From positions 119,570 to 183,569 of the forward strand of contig CAYYSJ010000002.1 in the NCBI GenBank assembly GCA_964474445.1: a DNA stretch of 64,000 nucleotides. Direction: 5' to 3'. A program made the position numbers and the translations under genes. Origin of the DNA: an uncultured Gammaproteobacteria bacterium. Lineage in GTDB: Bacteria; Patescibacteriota; Microgenomatia; Levybacterales; UBA12049. The notes under the pieces were generated by a model that saw only the letters and a list, made by a program, of their open reading frames with translations, did no database searches and was not told the origin of the DNA. Below are positions 39,885 through 50,237 of the stretch, piece after piece (the stretch's first letter is position 1; each line of letters begins with the position of its first letter).

Positions 39885-40205
39885 ATGAAATTATTAAAAA
39901 ATGACGAAATAAAAGTTGTAGCAGGAAAAGACAAAGGCAAGACAGGAAAAATTGAGAAAGTCTTTTCAAAAGAAGCAAAAGTCTTGGTAACTGGGATAAA
40001 TCAGTATAAAAGACATACAAAGGGCGGCTATGGTGGCCAAAAATCAGAAATTTTGACGATTACAAAGCCATTGCCTGTTGCAAATGTGCAACTTGTTTGT
40101 CCACATTGCAAAAAGTTAACACGGGTTGGGTATAAGGTTGAAACAGCAAAAAATGGCGCAGTGAGTAAAACAAGAGTTTGCCGAAAATGCGGAAAGGAAT
40201 TATAA
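39885..40205 (+). CDS. rplX: 50S ribosomal protein L24
   Basis: GKDKGKTG KOW motif; CPHC..CRKC. Confidence 0.96.
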   Translation: MKLLKNDEIKVVAGKDKGKTGKIEKVFSKEAKVLVTGINQYKRHTKGGYGGQKSEILTITKPLPVANVQLVCPHCKKLTRVGYKVETAKNGAVSKTRVCRKCGKEL

Positions 40206-40209
40206 ACAG

Positions 40210-40749
40210 ATGACATACGTACAAGATAAATATCAAAAAGAAGTAGTAAAAAAATTACAGGAAGAATTGGGGATTAAAAACCCAATGGCTATTCCAGCAA
40301 TTAAAAAAATTGTTGTTAATATGGGTGTCAAACAGGCAACAGCTGACAAGAAAAATATGGAAATTGGTGTAGACGTTATGAAACAGATTACTGGACAAAA
40401 GCCCAAAGTAACAGCAGCAAAAAAGTCTATTGCAAGCTTTAAGCTTCGAGAAGGAGATAAAATTGGTCTTATGGTAACGTTGAGAGGTAACAGAATGTAT
40501 AACTTTTATGGTAAACTAGTAGACGTTGTCTTACCTCGTTTGAAAGATTTCAGAGGAGTTAATAAAGATAGTTTTGATACAAAAGGGAATTACACCCTTG
40601 GTCTTTCAGAATATTCAGTATTTCCAGAAATAGATCCAGGAAAGATTGATAGAGTTCAAGGATTACAAATTACTATTGTAACGAATGCTCAGACAAAGGA
40701 GCATGCACAGGCATTATTGAAAGCAATGGGTATGCCGTTTGTAAAGTAA
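40210..40749 (+). CDS. rplE: 50S ribosomal protein L5
   Basis: ITGQKP, FKLREG, FPEI. Confidence 0.98.
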   Translation: MTYVQDKYQKEVVKKLQEELGIKNPMAIPAIKKIVVNMGVKQATADKKNMEIGVDVMKQITGQKPKVTAAKKSIASFKLREGDKIGLMVTLRGNRMYNFYGKLVDVVLPRLKDFRGVNKDSFDTKGNYTLGLSEYSVFPEIDPGKIDRVQGLQITIVTNAQTKEHAQALLKAMGMPFVK

Positions 40750-40764
40750 AAAAAGGAAAATTAT

Positions 40765-40950
40765 ATGGCAAAAACATCAGATATTGTTAAATTTAAGAGA
40801 AAGCAAAAATTTGCAGTCAGAATGAAAAATAGATGCAATCTATGTGGTAGATCACGGGCATATATACGACGATTTGGCATTTGCAGAATGTGTTTTAGAG
40901 AATTAGCGCAGAAAGGAGAATTGCCAGGAGTATTAAAGGCAAGTTGGTAA
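40765..40950 (+). CDS. rpsN: 30S ribosomal protein S14, Zn-binding type
   Basis: RCNLCGR, CRMCFRE. Confidence 0.97.
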   Translation: MAKTSDIVKFKRKQKFAVRMKNRCNLCGRSRAYIRRFGICRMCFRELAQKGELPGVLKASW

Positions 40951-40954
40951 AACT

Positions 40955-41347
40955 ATGAATTATTCAGTAGCAGATTTTATTATTAGATTAAAAAATGCAG
41001 CAGCAGCCAGGAGAAGAGAGGTTGTACTTCCTTATTCCAAGTTGAATAAAGCAATTGGAGGAGTTTTAGTAAAACGACATCTTCTCGAGTCAATCAAAGA
41101 AGAGACCAAAGAGGGGAAAAAGCAGCTTGTTGGAGTGATAACTTTTGATAAAAGACATGCAGCATTTACAGAAGTTGTTGTTATTTCAAAGCCATCTCTT
41201 CGAGTCTATGCTGGCTCTCATGATGAAGTTGGTCTTATGGGTCGAGGACTTGGAATAACAGTTGTCAGTACCAGTCACGGTGTTATGACAGGGAGAGATG
41301 CATTTAAGAAAGGAGTCGGAGGAGAAGTTCTCTTTAAGATTTGGTAA
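40955..41347 (+). CDS. rpsH: 30S ribosomal protein S8
   Basis: SKPSLRVY, STSHGVM, GGE. Confidence 0.97.
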   Translation: MNYSVADFIIRLKNAAAARRREVVLPYSKLNKAIGGVLVKRHLLESIKEETKEGKKQLVGVITFDKRHAAFTEVVVISKPSLRVYAGSHDEVGLMGRGLGITVVSTSHGVMTGRDAFKKGVGGEVLFKIW

Positions 41348-41350
41348 GCT

Positions 41351-41902
41351 ATGTCAAAAATCGGTAAATTACCAATTACGATAAATGGTGGTGTTACAGT
41401 AACTGTTACTGGTGACGTTGTCACTGTTGCAGGGCCAAAAGGAAATGCATCCTATACTCTTCCAAAAGGCATTACAGCAGCCGTTGAAGAAGGGAAAGTT
41501 GTTGTGAAACAGGAAGAAAAAACTAAAGGTGAGACAAAAAACTTATTTGGCCTGACGCGAGCGCTTCTTGCTAATATGGTAAAAGGTGTTTCAACAGGTG
41601 TTGAGAAAAAACTTGAGCTCTCTGGAGTTGGGTACAGAGCACAAGCAAGCGGATCAGACTTAACACTGTCCGTTGGGTTTTCTCACCCAGTAAAAATAAA
41701 AGCACCAGCTGGAGTAACATTCACTGTTGCAGAGAACGTCATTACAGTAAGTGGAACAGACAAGGCAATAGTTGGACTTATTGCATCACAAGTGAGAGCT
41801 GTCAGACCACCAGAACCATACAAGGGGAAGGGAATTAAATATCAAGGTGAATACATTAGAAAGAAAGCTGGAAAAGCAGCCAAGGCTGTCGGAGGGAAAT
41901 AA
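41351..41902 (+). CDS. rplF: 50S ribosomal protein L6
   Basis: GVGYRA, PEPYKGKGI. Confidence 0.98.
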   Translation: MSKIGKLPITINGGVTVTVTGDVVTVAGPKGNASYTLPKGITAAVEEGKVVVKQEEKTKGETKNLFGLTRALLANMVKGVSTGVEKKLELSGVGYRAQASGSDLTLSVGFSHPVKIKAPAGVTFTVAENVITVSGTDKAIVGLIASQVRAVRPPEPYKGKGIKYQGEYIRKKAGKAAKAVGGK

Positions 41903-41907
41903 AAAAT

Positions 41908-42255
41908 ATGGAAAATAAAATTTTGAGAGCAAATAAACGAAAGACAAGAATTAGGGTAAAAATTGCTGGAACAAATGAAGCACCAAGACTTTCTGTTCAT
42001 AGAACAAATGCTTATGTCTATGCACAACTGATTGATGATGCAAAAGCAGTAACACTTGTTGGTGTATCAGAAAAAGAATTAGGAAAAGTTGCAGGAACAA
42101 AAACAGAAAAAGCGAGAGCATTAGGTGCATTGCTTGCAAAAAAAGCAGAAGAGAAAAAAATTAAAAAAGTTGTTTTTGATAAAGGTGCATTCCAATACCA
42201 TGGTCGAGTAAAAGCTTTTGCAGAAGGAGCCAGAGAAGGAGGGCTAGAATTCTAA
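41908..42255 (+). CDS. rplR: 50S ribosomal protein L18
   Basis: PRLSV, YHGRVKA, GLEF. Confidence 0.97.
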   Translation: MENKILRANKRKTRIRVKIAGTNEAPRLSVHRTNAYVYAQLIDDAKAVTLVGVSEKELGKVAGTKTEKARALGALLAKKAEEKKIKKVVFDKGAFQYHGRVKAFAEGAREGGLEF

Positions 42256-42279
42256 GGGAATATTAGAAACATTCAGAAT

Positions 42280-42816
42280 ATGGCATTCAATAGAAATCAA
42301 AACCAAAGAAGAGAAATGAATCAACAACCATCAGAATTTTCTGAAGATATTGTGATGATTAACAGAATCTCTAAGAAAACTCAGGGAGGAAATAAAGTAA
42401 GTTTTGCAGCCCTTGCAGTTGTTGGAGATAAAAAGGGTCGAGTTGGTGCAGGACACGGAAAAGCAGCTGACGTTGCTTCAGCTATCCGAAAGGGTGTCGC
42501 AGCAGCTAAAAAACACCTCATCGAAGTCCCAATTGTGAACGGCACTATTCCATTCAGTGTTAATGTGAAATTAAAAGCAGCACGAGTGATGCTCAAGCCA
42601 GCACCTGCAGGATCAGGTATTATCGCTGGAGGAGCAATCAGAAGTATTGTATCAGCAGTAGGAATTACCAATGTTTCTTCAAAAGTTTTGGGAAGTGACA
42701 ACAAGGCAAGTAATGTTTACGCTGCACTTGAAGCATTAAGACAAATTGCAGAGTTACACAAGAAGAATCAAAATAAAAAAGTTTCAAAAGCATCAAAAGT
42801 GTCAAAGGAGGAATAA
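42280..42816 (+). CDS. rpsE: 30S ribosomal protein S5
   Basis: VVGDKKGRVG, GSGIIAGG. Confidence 0.98.
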   Translation: MAFNRNQNQRREMNQQPSEFSEDIVMINRISKKTQGGNKVSFAALAVVGDKKGRVGAGHGKAADVASAIRKGVAAAKKHLIEVPIVNGTIPFSVNVKLKAARVMLKPAPAGSGIIAGGAIRSIVSAVGITNVSSKVLGSDNKASNVYAALEALRQIAELHKKNQNKKVSKASKVSKEE

Positions 42817-42819
42817 GAA

Positions 42820-43266
42820 ATGAATTTAAGTAATTTAGTCAAAGTAACACACAAATCACAAAAAAGAAAAGGACAAGGTCATGGTTCTGGAAAAGTCAAA
42901 ACGTCTGGTCGAGGTCAAAAAGGTCAAAAAGCTCGAGGAAAAATTCCATTCACAAAATATAGTGGTGGATCATTGGCTTTTGTAAAGCGTTTGCCATTCC
43001 TTCGAGGCAAAGATAAAAATTACTCATTCAAAAATAAACCTGTTGTTGTTGATGTGGCAGACCTTAACAAACTTCCAAAAGGAGCAACTGTTGATCTTGC
43101 CTCATTAGTTGCACACAAAGTTGTTAATGAGAAAGAAGCAAAGCGGGATGGAATTAAAGTATTGGGAAGTGGAGAGCTAACTGTTGCCCTCACAGTTAAG
43201 CTGCCTGTCTCCAAAAGTGCACAGGAGAAAATTGAAAAAGCCGGGGGAAAAGTAGAACTGAGCTAA
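42820..43266 (+). CDS. rplO: 50S ribosomal protein L15
   Basis: [17 protein letters not shown]; follows rpsE directly with no rpmD. Confidence 0.97.
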   Translation: MNLSNLVKVTHKSQKRKGQGHGSGKVKTSGRGQKGQKARGKIPFTKYSGGSLAFVKRLPFLRGKDKNYSFKNKPVVVDVADLNKLPKGATVDLASLVAHKVVNEKEAKRDGIKVLGSGELTVALTVKLPVSKSAQEKIEKAGGKVELS

Positions 43267-44552
43267 TGAACAATATTCTTTCGCTTTTTAGAAAGAGTTT
43301 TCAATCACCAGAGATTCGTCGTAAACTCCTCTTTACTGCAGCTATTTTTGTTGTATTTAGGTTATTTGCACATATCCCAGTAAGCGGTGTCAACGTTGCA
43401 AGTCTTCGAGCGCTTTTTGCCCAGAATCAATTCTTAGGTCTTCTGGATATTTTTTCAGGTGGCACCCTTGCAAACTTTTCTATCATGGCGTTAGGTCTTA
43501 ACCCGTATATCAATGCATCCATTATTCTCCAATTGTTGACAATGGTCTTTCCAAAACTTGAGGAAATGTCTAAGGAGGGAGAAGCCGGGAGACAAAAAAT
43601 CAATCAATATACCAGACTTTTGACTGTTCCATTAGCAGGTTTGCAAGCATTTGGCATGTTTTTGTTGCTTCGCAGTCAAGGCATCATTCACAATTTTAAC
43701 GCACTGCAAATTGTTGGTCTTATCGTTACCATGACTGCTGGGACTATGCTTCTCGTGTGGTTTGGTGAGCTTATTACAGAACGAGGCATCGGAAACGGCA
43801 TTTCTATGCTTATTTTTGCTGGTATTATTGGAAGACTCCCGGTTGCATTCACTCAAACAGTTACCACAACATCAAGCGAGAACACTTTTAACTTATTGAT
43901 CTTCTTGGGTCTTGGGCTTGCTGTGATTGCAGGAATTGTGATTACGAATGAAGCAACACGACAAATTCCTGTATTTTATGCAAAACAAGTGAGAGGAAAT
44001 AAAACGTATGGAAATCAATCGACACACTTGCCCTTGAGGCTTAATCAAGCAGGGGTTATCCCAATTATTTTTGCGGTATCTCTCGTTTTACTTCCTTCAC
44101 TTATCGCAAACTTTTTAGGCACGGCAAAAAATCCAGCAACGCATACTATTTCTGCTTGGCTTACAACAACCTTTAATCCAAACGGATGGGTCTATAACAT
44201 TGCTTACTTCTTGCTTGTTGTAGGGTTTACCTATTTCTATACTGCTGTTATTTTTAATCCAAATAAAATAGCTGAAGATATCCAAAAATATGGTGGATTC
44301 ATCCCTGGCGTTCGTCCAGGCAAGCAAACAGCACAGTATTTAAATTATGTTTTAACTCGTATTACTCTTGCAGGTGCACTATTTTTAGGTATTATTGCTA
44401 TTTTTCCAACTCTAGCAAAGAGTTTTACAAACATTCAGACCCTTCTCCTAGGAGGTACTGGTATTTTAATTGTAGTTAGTGTAATATTAGAATCTGTTAA
44501 AGCAATAGAAGCGCAGCTTGTTATGCGCAATTATGAAAGGTTTGTACAATAG
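43266..44552 (+). CDS. secY: Preprotein translocase SecY
   Basis: [26 protein letters not shown]. Confidence 0.98.
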   Translation: MNNILSLFRKSFQSPEIRRKLLFTAAIFVVFRLFAHIPVSGVNVASLRALFAQNQFLGLLDIFSGGTLANFSIMALGLNPYINASIILQLLTMVFPKLEEMSKEGEAGRQKINQYTRLLTVPLAGLQAFGMFLLLRSQGIIHNFNALQIVGLIVTMTAGTMLLVWFGELITERGIGNGISMLIFAGIIGRLPVAFTQTVTTTSSENTFNLLIFLGLGLAVIAGIVITNEATRQIPVFYAKQVRGNKTYGNQSTHLPLRLNQAGVIPIIFAVSLVLLPSLIANFLGTAKNPATHTISAWLTTTFNPNGWVYNIAYFLLVVGFTYFYTAVIFNPNKIAEDIQKYGGFIPGVRPGKQTAQYLNYVLTRITLAGALFLGIIAIFPTLAKSFTNIQTLLLGGTGILIVVSVILESVKAIEAQLVMRNYERFVQ

Positions 44553-44569
44553 TACTAGTAACTAAATTC

Positions 44570-45139
44570 ATGAAACTCATACTGATTGGTATTCAAGGAG
44601 CTGGAAAATCAACCCAAGGAAATATCCTTTCAAAAAAGTTAAAAATACCCTACCTCTCAACAGGTCATATTTTCCGTACAATGGCTCAGGAAAAAACCAC
44701 TGTGGGCCGATACATTAAAGAAGTCATGAATGCAGGCTTTTTAATTCCAGACAAGAAAACACTTGAAATTGTTAGTGAATATCTTTCTCGTCCAGAATAT
44801 GAAAAAGGATACATTATGGACGGATTTCCACGAACCGCAGGTCAAGCAAAAACATTTAAAAATGGGTTAAATGCTGTCATTTATTTGAAAGTAAGTGATA
44901 GAGAGGCTTTATGGAGACTTTCTTTTAGAGACCAGGCAGGCCGAGAAGATGAAACATTGACGGCTCTTCGAAAAAGAATAGAGCTTTTCCATAAATTTAC
45001 TGAGCCAGTTTTGGATTATTACAGAGAAAAAGGCATGTTAATCGAAATTGATGGAGAAAAACCAATCAATGAAATTACAAGCGAAATTTTGGAGAAACTT
45101 GCACAAATTGAAAAAAAGAATGAGCAGCTTACCAAGTAA
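44570..45139 (+). CDS. adk: Adenylate kinase (short, LID-less)
   Basis: GIQGAGKSTQ, STG..FR, DGFPR. Confidence 0.9.
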   Translation: MKLILIGIQGAGKSTQGNILSKKLKIPYLSTGHIFRTMAQEKTTVGRYIKEVMNAGFLIPDKKTLEIVSEYLSRPEYEKGYIMDGFPRTAGQAKTFKNGLNAVIYLKVSDREALWRLSFRDQAGREDETLTALRKRIELFHKFTEPVLDYYREKGMLIEIDGEKPINEITSEILEKLAQIEKKNEQLTK

Positions 45140-45695
45140 TAGACCACTCATTATCGGTATAACCGGTGCATTTGGAAGCGGAAAATCAACTGCAAGCTCT
45201 TTCTTCTCGAAAAATGGCTTCCAAGACATCGCCCTTTCATCATTCCTGGAAGAAGAAGCTCACAGACGGGGAGAAACAAAAATAACCAGAAAAGTTCTTC
45301 AAGATATTGGGAATGAATGGCGAGGGCTATACGGAAAAGGAATACTTGCGCAAAAGGCCTTGGAAACTGTTAATGCAGGTGAGAAAATTGTTATTGATGG
45401 CATTCGAAACGTTGGAGAGGTAGAGATTCTTCGAGAAACAGGTAACTTTGTACTTTTAGCAGTCGTCAGCGATCGAGCAAATCGGTTTGAACGGTTAAAA
45501 ACAATGAAAAGGCGTGAAGAACTAACGTGGGATTTATTTGAGAAGCTTGATTATCGAGATTTAGGTATACGGCAGGAAGAAAAAGGCTTACAGGTTGCAG
45601 CATGCATTGCTCTTGCTGACAGATTTATTGAAAATAATGGAACATTTGAAGGGTTTGTGAAAAGACTAGAAGGATTAGTTCAAGAACTGAGATAG
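45120..45695 (+). CDS. P-loop nucleotide kinase (dephospho-CoA/NMP-kinase fold)
   Basis: GITGAFGSGKS, VIDGIR, AD..IENNG. Confidence 0.75.
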   Translation: MSSLPSNRPLIIGITGAFGSGKSTASSFFSKNGFQDIALSSFLEEEAHRRGETKITRKVLQDIGNEWRGLYGKGILAQKALETVNAGEKIVIDGIRNVGEVEILRETGNFVLLAVVSDRANRFERLKTMKRREELTWDLFEKLDYRDLGIRQEEKGLQVAACIALADRFIENNGTFEGFVKRLEGLVQELR

Positions 45696-45746
45696 TATTT
45701 AAATTTCTTGACTTTCTTACACATACATAAACGATATTTGAAATAT

Positions 45747-46448
45747 ATGGATACAGACAAAAAAGTATTACATGCGATAGCAATTGATGGTCCAGTAGCG
45801 GCTGGAAAAGGGACGATTGCTACAGCACTCAGTAAACGATTAAAGGGATTTCATTTGAATACGGGTGCGATGTATCGATGCCTTGCTCTCTACTGCCTCG
45901 AACAAAATATCCCTGTACAAAAGGTAGATCAGGTTATTGCAGGACTTTCTCGTATTTGGTTTGATTTAGAACCTGACAAAGTCTTTTTAAATGGTGTTGA
46001 TGTAACTGAAAAGATAAAGCAACGTGCAGTGACACAGCTTGTTGCAAAAGTAGCGGCTATTGGACAAGTCAGAGAGGAAATGGTGAAGCGTCAACAAGAA
46101 ATCGGACGTAAAAAGATTGCTCAGGGGATGATTGTCATTGCAGAGGGACGGGACGCGGCAACAAAAATTTTTCCTGATGCATTATTAAAGATTTTTCTCA
46201 CTGCCCGTCCTGAAATACGAGCACAGAGGCGTTTTGAGCAGATGGGAGGCAAAAACAATCATACCATTACATACGAACAAATTTTATCTGATACGAACGA
46301 GCGGGATAGACGAGATTATGAGCGGAAAGTTGATCCATTAGTAAAAAATCCAAAAGAAATGGGATATGTTGTATTAGATAATTCAGACCTGAGTGAAGAA
46401 GAGACAGTGCAGGCAGTTGCTGATGCATGGGAGAAGATAAACAAATGA
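45747..46448 (+). CDS. cmk: Cytidylate kinase
   Basis: IAIDGP.AAGKGT, TGAMYR, AEGRD, RDRRD. Confidence 0.93.
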   Translation: MDTDKKVLHAIAIDGPVAAGKGTIATALSKRLKGFHLNTGAMYRCLALYCLEQNIPVQKVDQVIAGLSRIWFDLEPDKVFLNGVDVTEKIKQRAVTQLVAKVAAIGQVREEMVKRQQEIGRKKIAQGMIVIAEGRDAATKIFPDALLKIFLTARPEIRAQRRFEQMGGKNNHTITYEQILSDTNERDRRDYERKVDPLVKNPKEMGYVVLDNSDLSEEETVQAVADAWEKINK

Positions 46449-47224
46449 GAATACCTATTAAAACACCACAAGAGATAGAAATAATGGTACGGGGAGGAAA
46501 AATCCTTTCAGAGACAATGTGGGAGGTCCTTAAACATGCAAAACCAGGAGTTAGCGAGCTAGAGCTTGACGCTCTTGCAGAGAAACTTATCCGTAAGCAG
46601 GGTGGAGAGCCTGGATTTAAAAAGGTGGAAGGATACAAGCATACCATTTGTATTTCAACAAACCAGGTAGTTGTGCATGGTATCCCCACTCCTTACAGGT
46701 TACAAGAGGGAGATATTGTGGGGATTGATTGTGGGGTCTTTTTAGATGGCTTTCACACAGACATGTCAGAGTCTATTCAAGTGAAACGAGAAGGATCAAC
46801 AGTTAACAGTGAAGAGAGTAGAAAGATTGATCAATTTTTGGCGACCGGGAAAAAAGCACTTGAGGAGGCTATTCAACAGGTAAAACCTGGTAATAGGATT
46901 GGTCATATCTCCCAAACGATTCAGAAAATCGTTGAAGGTGGTGGATATAGTGTGGTTCGTGAGCTTATTGGCCACGGTGTAGGAAAGGAATTGCATGAAG
47001 ATCCCCCTGTACCTGGATATTTCTCAGGGAAACTTGAAAAAACTCCCCTGCTTCGTGAAGGAATGGTGATTGCTGTTGAAATTATCTATAACATGGGGAA
47101 AAAAGCTGTCGTTTTTTCTGGAACAGATGACTGGACAATTGAGACAAAAGATGGGTCGTTATCAGGCCTTTTTGAGCGTACTATTGCAATAACAGCAGGA
47201 GGACATAAGATTTTAACCCCCTAG
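46445..47224 (+). CDS. map: Methionine aminopeptidase type I
   Basis: VVHGIP, DCG..FHTD, GHGVG..LHEDP; ATGA overlap with cmk. Confidence 0.96.
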   Translation: MRIPIKTPQEIEIMVRGGKILSETMWEVLKHAKPGVSELELDALAEKLIRKQGGEPGFKKVEGYKHTICISTNQVVVHGIPTPYRLQEGDIVGIDCGVFLDGFHTDMSESIQVKREGSTVNSEESRKIDQFLATGKKALEEAIQQVKPGNRIGHISQTIQKIVEGGGYSVVRELIGHGVGKELHEDPPVPGYFSGKLEKTPLLREGMVIAVEIIYNMGKKAVVFSGTDDWTIETKDGSLSGLFERTIAITAGGHKILTP

Positions 47225-47352
47225 GTGTTCACAAGTTCAGAAAATGCTAAATTCTGGTATACTGACTCTATCTAGTTTTCTGAGTATTCTGACCTTCTGA
47301 GTTATTGCTCTTTGAGGCAAGGTTTGATATAATAAGTCTCTAGTTGAGATAA

Positions 47353-47571
47353 ATGGCACATCAAGGATCTTACGAAGTGGAAGGGATTGTAAAAGAGTCT
47401 CTTCCTAATACGTTATTTAGAGTCGAGTTATTCGACGGATCAGTTGTTTTGTGTCATTTAGCTGGCAAAATGCGAATTAATTTTGTCAAAATTTTACCAG
47501 GAGATAAAGTCAGAGTAGAAATGACTGAATATGACAAAACCAAGGGTAGAATTATTTCGAGAGGGAGATAG
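47353..47571 (+). CDS. infA: Translation initiation factor IF-1
   Basis: [16 protein letters not shown]. Confidence 0.97.
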   Translation: MAHQGSYEVEGIVKESLPNTLFRVELFDGSVVLCHLAGKMRINFVKILPGDKVRVEMTEYDKTKGRIISRGR

Positions 47572-47576
47572 AAACT

Positions 47577-47690
47577 ATGAAAGTACAAGCAAGCGTCAAA
47601 CCAAGATGTGCAAAATGCAAAGTTATTAAGCGAAAAGGAGTGCTTCGTGTTGTTTGCGAAAATCCACGACACAAGCAGCGCCAAGGATAA
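47577..47690 (+). CDS. rpmJ: 50S ribosomal protein L36 (not in the ORF track)
   Basis: Translated by hand: [37 protein letters not shown]. Confidence 0.97.
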   Translation: MKVQASVKPRCAKCKVIKRKGVLRVVCENPRHKQRQG

Positions 47691-47693
47691 TCT

Positions 47694-48101
47694 ATGAGAA
47701 TTTCAGGAATTACAATACCAGACGAAAAAAGAGTTGATATCTCTTTGACTTATTTATATGGTGTTGGCAGAAGTAATGCAAAGGATGTTTTGAAAAAAGC
47801 AGGAGTAGATAGTGCAAAAAGAGTAAAAGATTTATCGGAAGATGATCAAAAGAACATTGCAAAGATTCTTGAATCCTACAAGCTTGAGGGAGATTTACGA
47901 GCAGAAGTTACTGGAAATATAAAAAGACTTCGAGAAGTTGGTACATACCGAGGAAGTAGACATACACATAACTTACCTTCAAGAGGACAAAGAACAAGAT
48001 CAAATGCTCGTACGAAGAGAGGAAAGAGATTAACCATTGGAGCTATTAAGAAAGAAGTTGCAGCAAAGATGGAAGCATCAAAAGCAAAAACAACAAAGTA
48101 A
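47694..48101 (+). CDS. rpsM: 30S ribosomal protein S13
   Basis: YGVGR, YRGSRH, RGQRTRSNAR. Confidence 0.98.
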   Translation: MRISGITIPDEKRVDISLTYLYGVGRSNAKDVLKKAGVDSAKRVKDLSEDDQKNIAKILESYKLEGDLRAEVTGNIKRLREVGTYRGSRHTHNLPSRGQRTRSNARTKRGKRLTIGAIKKEVAAKMEASKAKTTK

Positions 48102-48104
48102 CCT

Positions 48105-48524
48105 ATGGCAAAGAATGTAAAATCAAATGAAAAAAAGTCTGGAGCATCTACTGGACGCAAGAAAAGCGGAGTAGCAGTTAGTACATCAGGCAAAATTTTT
48201 ATTTCTGCTACCTTTAATAACACATTGGTAACTGTTACCAATGATAAAGGAGAAACAGTTTCTTGGAGTTCATCTGGAGCAAAAGGTTTCAAGGGTGCAA
48301 GAAAGTCTACTCCTTATGCTGCGTCATTAGCAGTAGAAGATGCAGCGAAAAAGGCACTTGAAAAAGGACTAAAATCAGTTGAGGTATTTGTGAAGGGTCC
48401 AGGTTCCGGACGAGATAGCGCTCTCCGGGCAATCCGTTCTGCAGGGCTTTCAATTGCTCTGATTGCAGATATTACCCCTATCCCACATAATGGACCTCGA
48501 GCAAAAAAGAAAAGGAGAGTCTAA
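48105..48524 (+). CDS. rpsK: 30S ribosomal protein S11
   Basis: TFNNT, KSTPYAA, PIPHNG. Confidence 0.98.
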   Translation: MAKNVKSNEKKSGASTGRKKSGVAVSTSGKIFISATFNNTLVTVTNDKGETVSWSSSGAKGFKGARKSTPYAASLAVEDAAKKALEKGLKSVEVFVKGPGSGRDSALRAIRSAGLSIALIADITPIPHNGPRAKKKRRV

Positions 48525-48533
48525 CGAAATAGT

Positions 48534-49136
48534 ATGGCACGATATACAGGACCAAAACATAAATTAGCACGACGAGAAGGCATTAACCTGATTGATAAGC
48601 AATCAGCAACCCTTCAAAAAAGATTAACTGTTAAACCAGGAGTGCATGGTGGTAAAAGAGCGAGAAAACTTTCAGAATTTGGACTTCAGCTGCGAGAAAA
48701 ACAAAAAGCAAAAAATATGTACGGTGTTTTAGAAAAACAATTTGCCAATATGGTGCATAATGTTCAAAAAATCAAAGGCGATACTTCAGAGGCAATTATT
48801 GCTCGACTTGAAAGAAGACTTGATAATATCGTCTATCGATTAGGATTTACAAAATCACGATTTATGGCACGCCAATTTGTCTCACACGGGCATGTGTTGG
48901 TAAATGGTAAAAAGTTAACAATTCCTTCTTACCTCGTAGAGTCAGGAGATATTATTGAACTTGGGAAAAAAATTCAAGAAAATCCAGATGTTGTTAAAGT
49001 AATGGCAGATGATAAAGTCCTTTTACCATTTTTGGAAAGAAAAGGACATGTAGGTAAATTAGTACGAGATCCAAAAAGACAAGACGTTGAAGTACCATTT
49101 GACGTCCAAATGATTATCGAATACTACTCACGATAA
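48534..49136 (+). CDS. rpsD: 30S ribosomal protein S4
   Basis: MARYTGP, LREKQK, LERRLDN, IEYYSR. Confidence 0.98.
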   Translation: MARYTGPKHKLARREGINLIDKQSATLQKRLTVKPGVHGGKRARKLSEFGLQLREKQKAKNMYGVLEKQFANMVHNVQKIKGDTSEAIIARLERRLDNIVYRLGFTKSRFMARQFVSHGHVLVNGKKLTIPSYLVESGDIIELGKKIQENPDVVKVMADDKVLLPFLERKGHVGKLVRDPKRQDVEVPFDVQMIIEYYSR

Positions 49137-49216
49137 GCATAATAGAATGCTTGTGAAGCAAGCAAATTTGCGTGTTGAATATTATTCGAAGAAATGGTAA
49201 AATACCTATTACTATT

Positions 49217-50140
49217 ATGATGATTGCAAATTTTAAAGTAACAGAACAAAACAGCTCAGAAACATTTGCACAATTTGTTATTGAGCCACTCGAACCAGGA
49301 TATGGTTATACATTAGGCCATGCAATGAGACGAGTCTTACTTGCATCTATTCCAGGAGCAGCAGTCACCTCAGTAAAAATTTCTGGAGTAAAGCATAAAT
49401 TTGCAGCAGTTCCAGGTCTTAAGGAAACAGTCGTTGATTTCCTTCTTAATCTTAAAAATGTTAATTTTAGACTTTCTTCCTCAAAAGAATCAGCAACAGT
49501 AACACTTTCTGTAAAAGGTCAAAAAGAAATTACCGCAGCAGATATTGAGGCTGTTGATGGTGTTGAAGTTGTTAATCCAGATCAATACCTTGGTTCTCTT
49601 TCAGGTGATAAAGCAAAGCTTGAAATGGAGATTACTCTCGAAAGAGGATATGGATACTCTCTCGCTGAAGAACGACAAGTTGAATCACTTGGAACAATTC
49701 TTGCTGATGCAGTATTTACTCCAGTAAAAAGAGTAAACTACACTGTTGAAGCAACCCGTGTTGGACGACGAACTAATATGGATAAATTAGTTCTTCAAGT
49801 ATGGACAAATGGCTCTGTTACTCCAAAAGAAGCTCTTGATGAAACAGCAAAAATCCTTTCATCGTTCTTTAAGCAGGTTTATGAACCACAAACAGAAGGT
49901 GTAGAAGCACCAGTTGTGGCCACATCTTCTGTCTCTGAAGATTTACTCAGACTTACTGTTGATGAATTAGACCTTCCTACAAGAATTTACAATAGTCTTC
50001 GAAATGGCGGTATAGAGACAATTGGTCAACTATTGTCTACACCACGAAAAGATCTTATTTCCATGCGAAATATGGGAGCAAAATCAATTGCAATTATTGA
50101 AGAAAAGCTGTCAGATAAGGGTATTTCACTCAATGTATAA
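49217..50140 (+). CDS. rpoA: RNA polymerase alpha subunit
   Basis: EPLEPGYGYTLG..RRVLL, alpha-CTD RNMGAKS; start 49217 or 49220. Confidence 0.98.
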   Translation: MMIANFKVTEQNSSETFAQFVIEPLEPGYGYTLGHAMRRVLLASIPGAAVTSVKISGVKHKFAAVPGLKETVVDFLLNLKNVNFRLSSSKESATVTLSVKGQKEITAADIEAVDGVEVVNPDQYLGSLSGDKAKLEMEITLERGYGYSLAEERQVESLGTILADAVFTPVKRVNYTVEATRVGRRTNMDKLVLQVWTNGSVTPKEALDETAKILSSFFKQVYEPQTEGVEAPVVATSSVSEDLLRLTVDELDLPTRIYNSLRNGGIETIGQLLSTPRKDLISMRNMGAKSIAIIEEKLSDKGISLNV

Positions 50141-50225
50141 TTGTTGAGTCGTAAGACCGCCCAGTTTAGAAGCGACCAGCTCGCATAGGTAGAATCAGGT
50201 TGCGGGTGGGCGCTTATTTTTTTAG
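50134..50225 (+). promoter_or_regulatory. Promoter and structured leader of rplQ-rplM-rpsI
   Basis: TGTATAAT overlapping the rpoA stop; GTC-GTAA-GAC hairpin, CGCCCA/TGGGCG and GCGACC/GGTTGC stems, T run. Confidence 0.5.
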
Positions 50226-50237
50226 GGAAACAATAGT

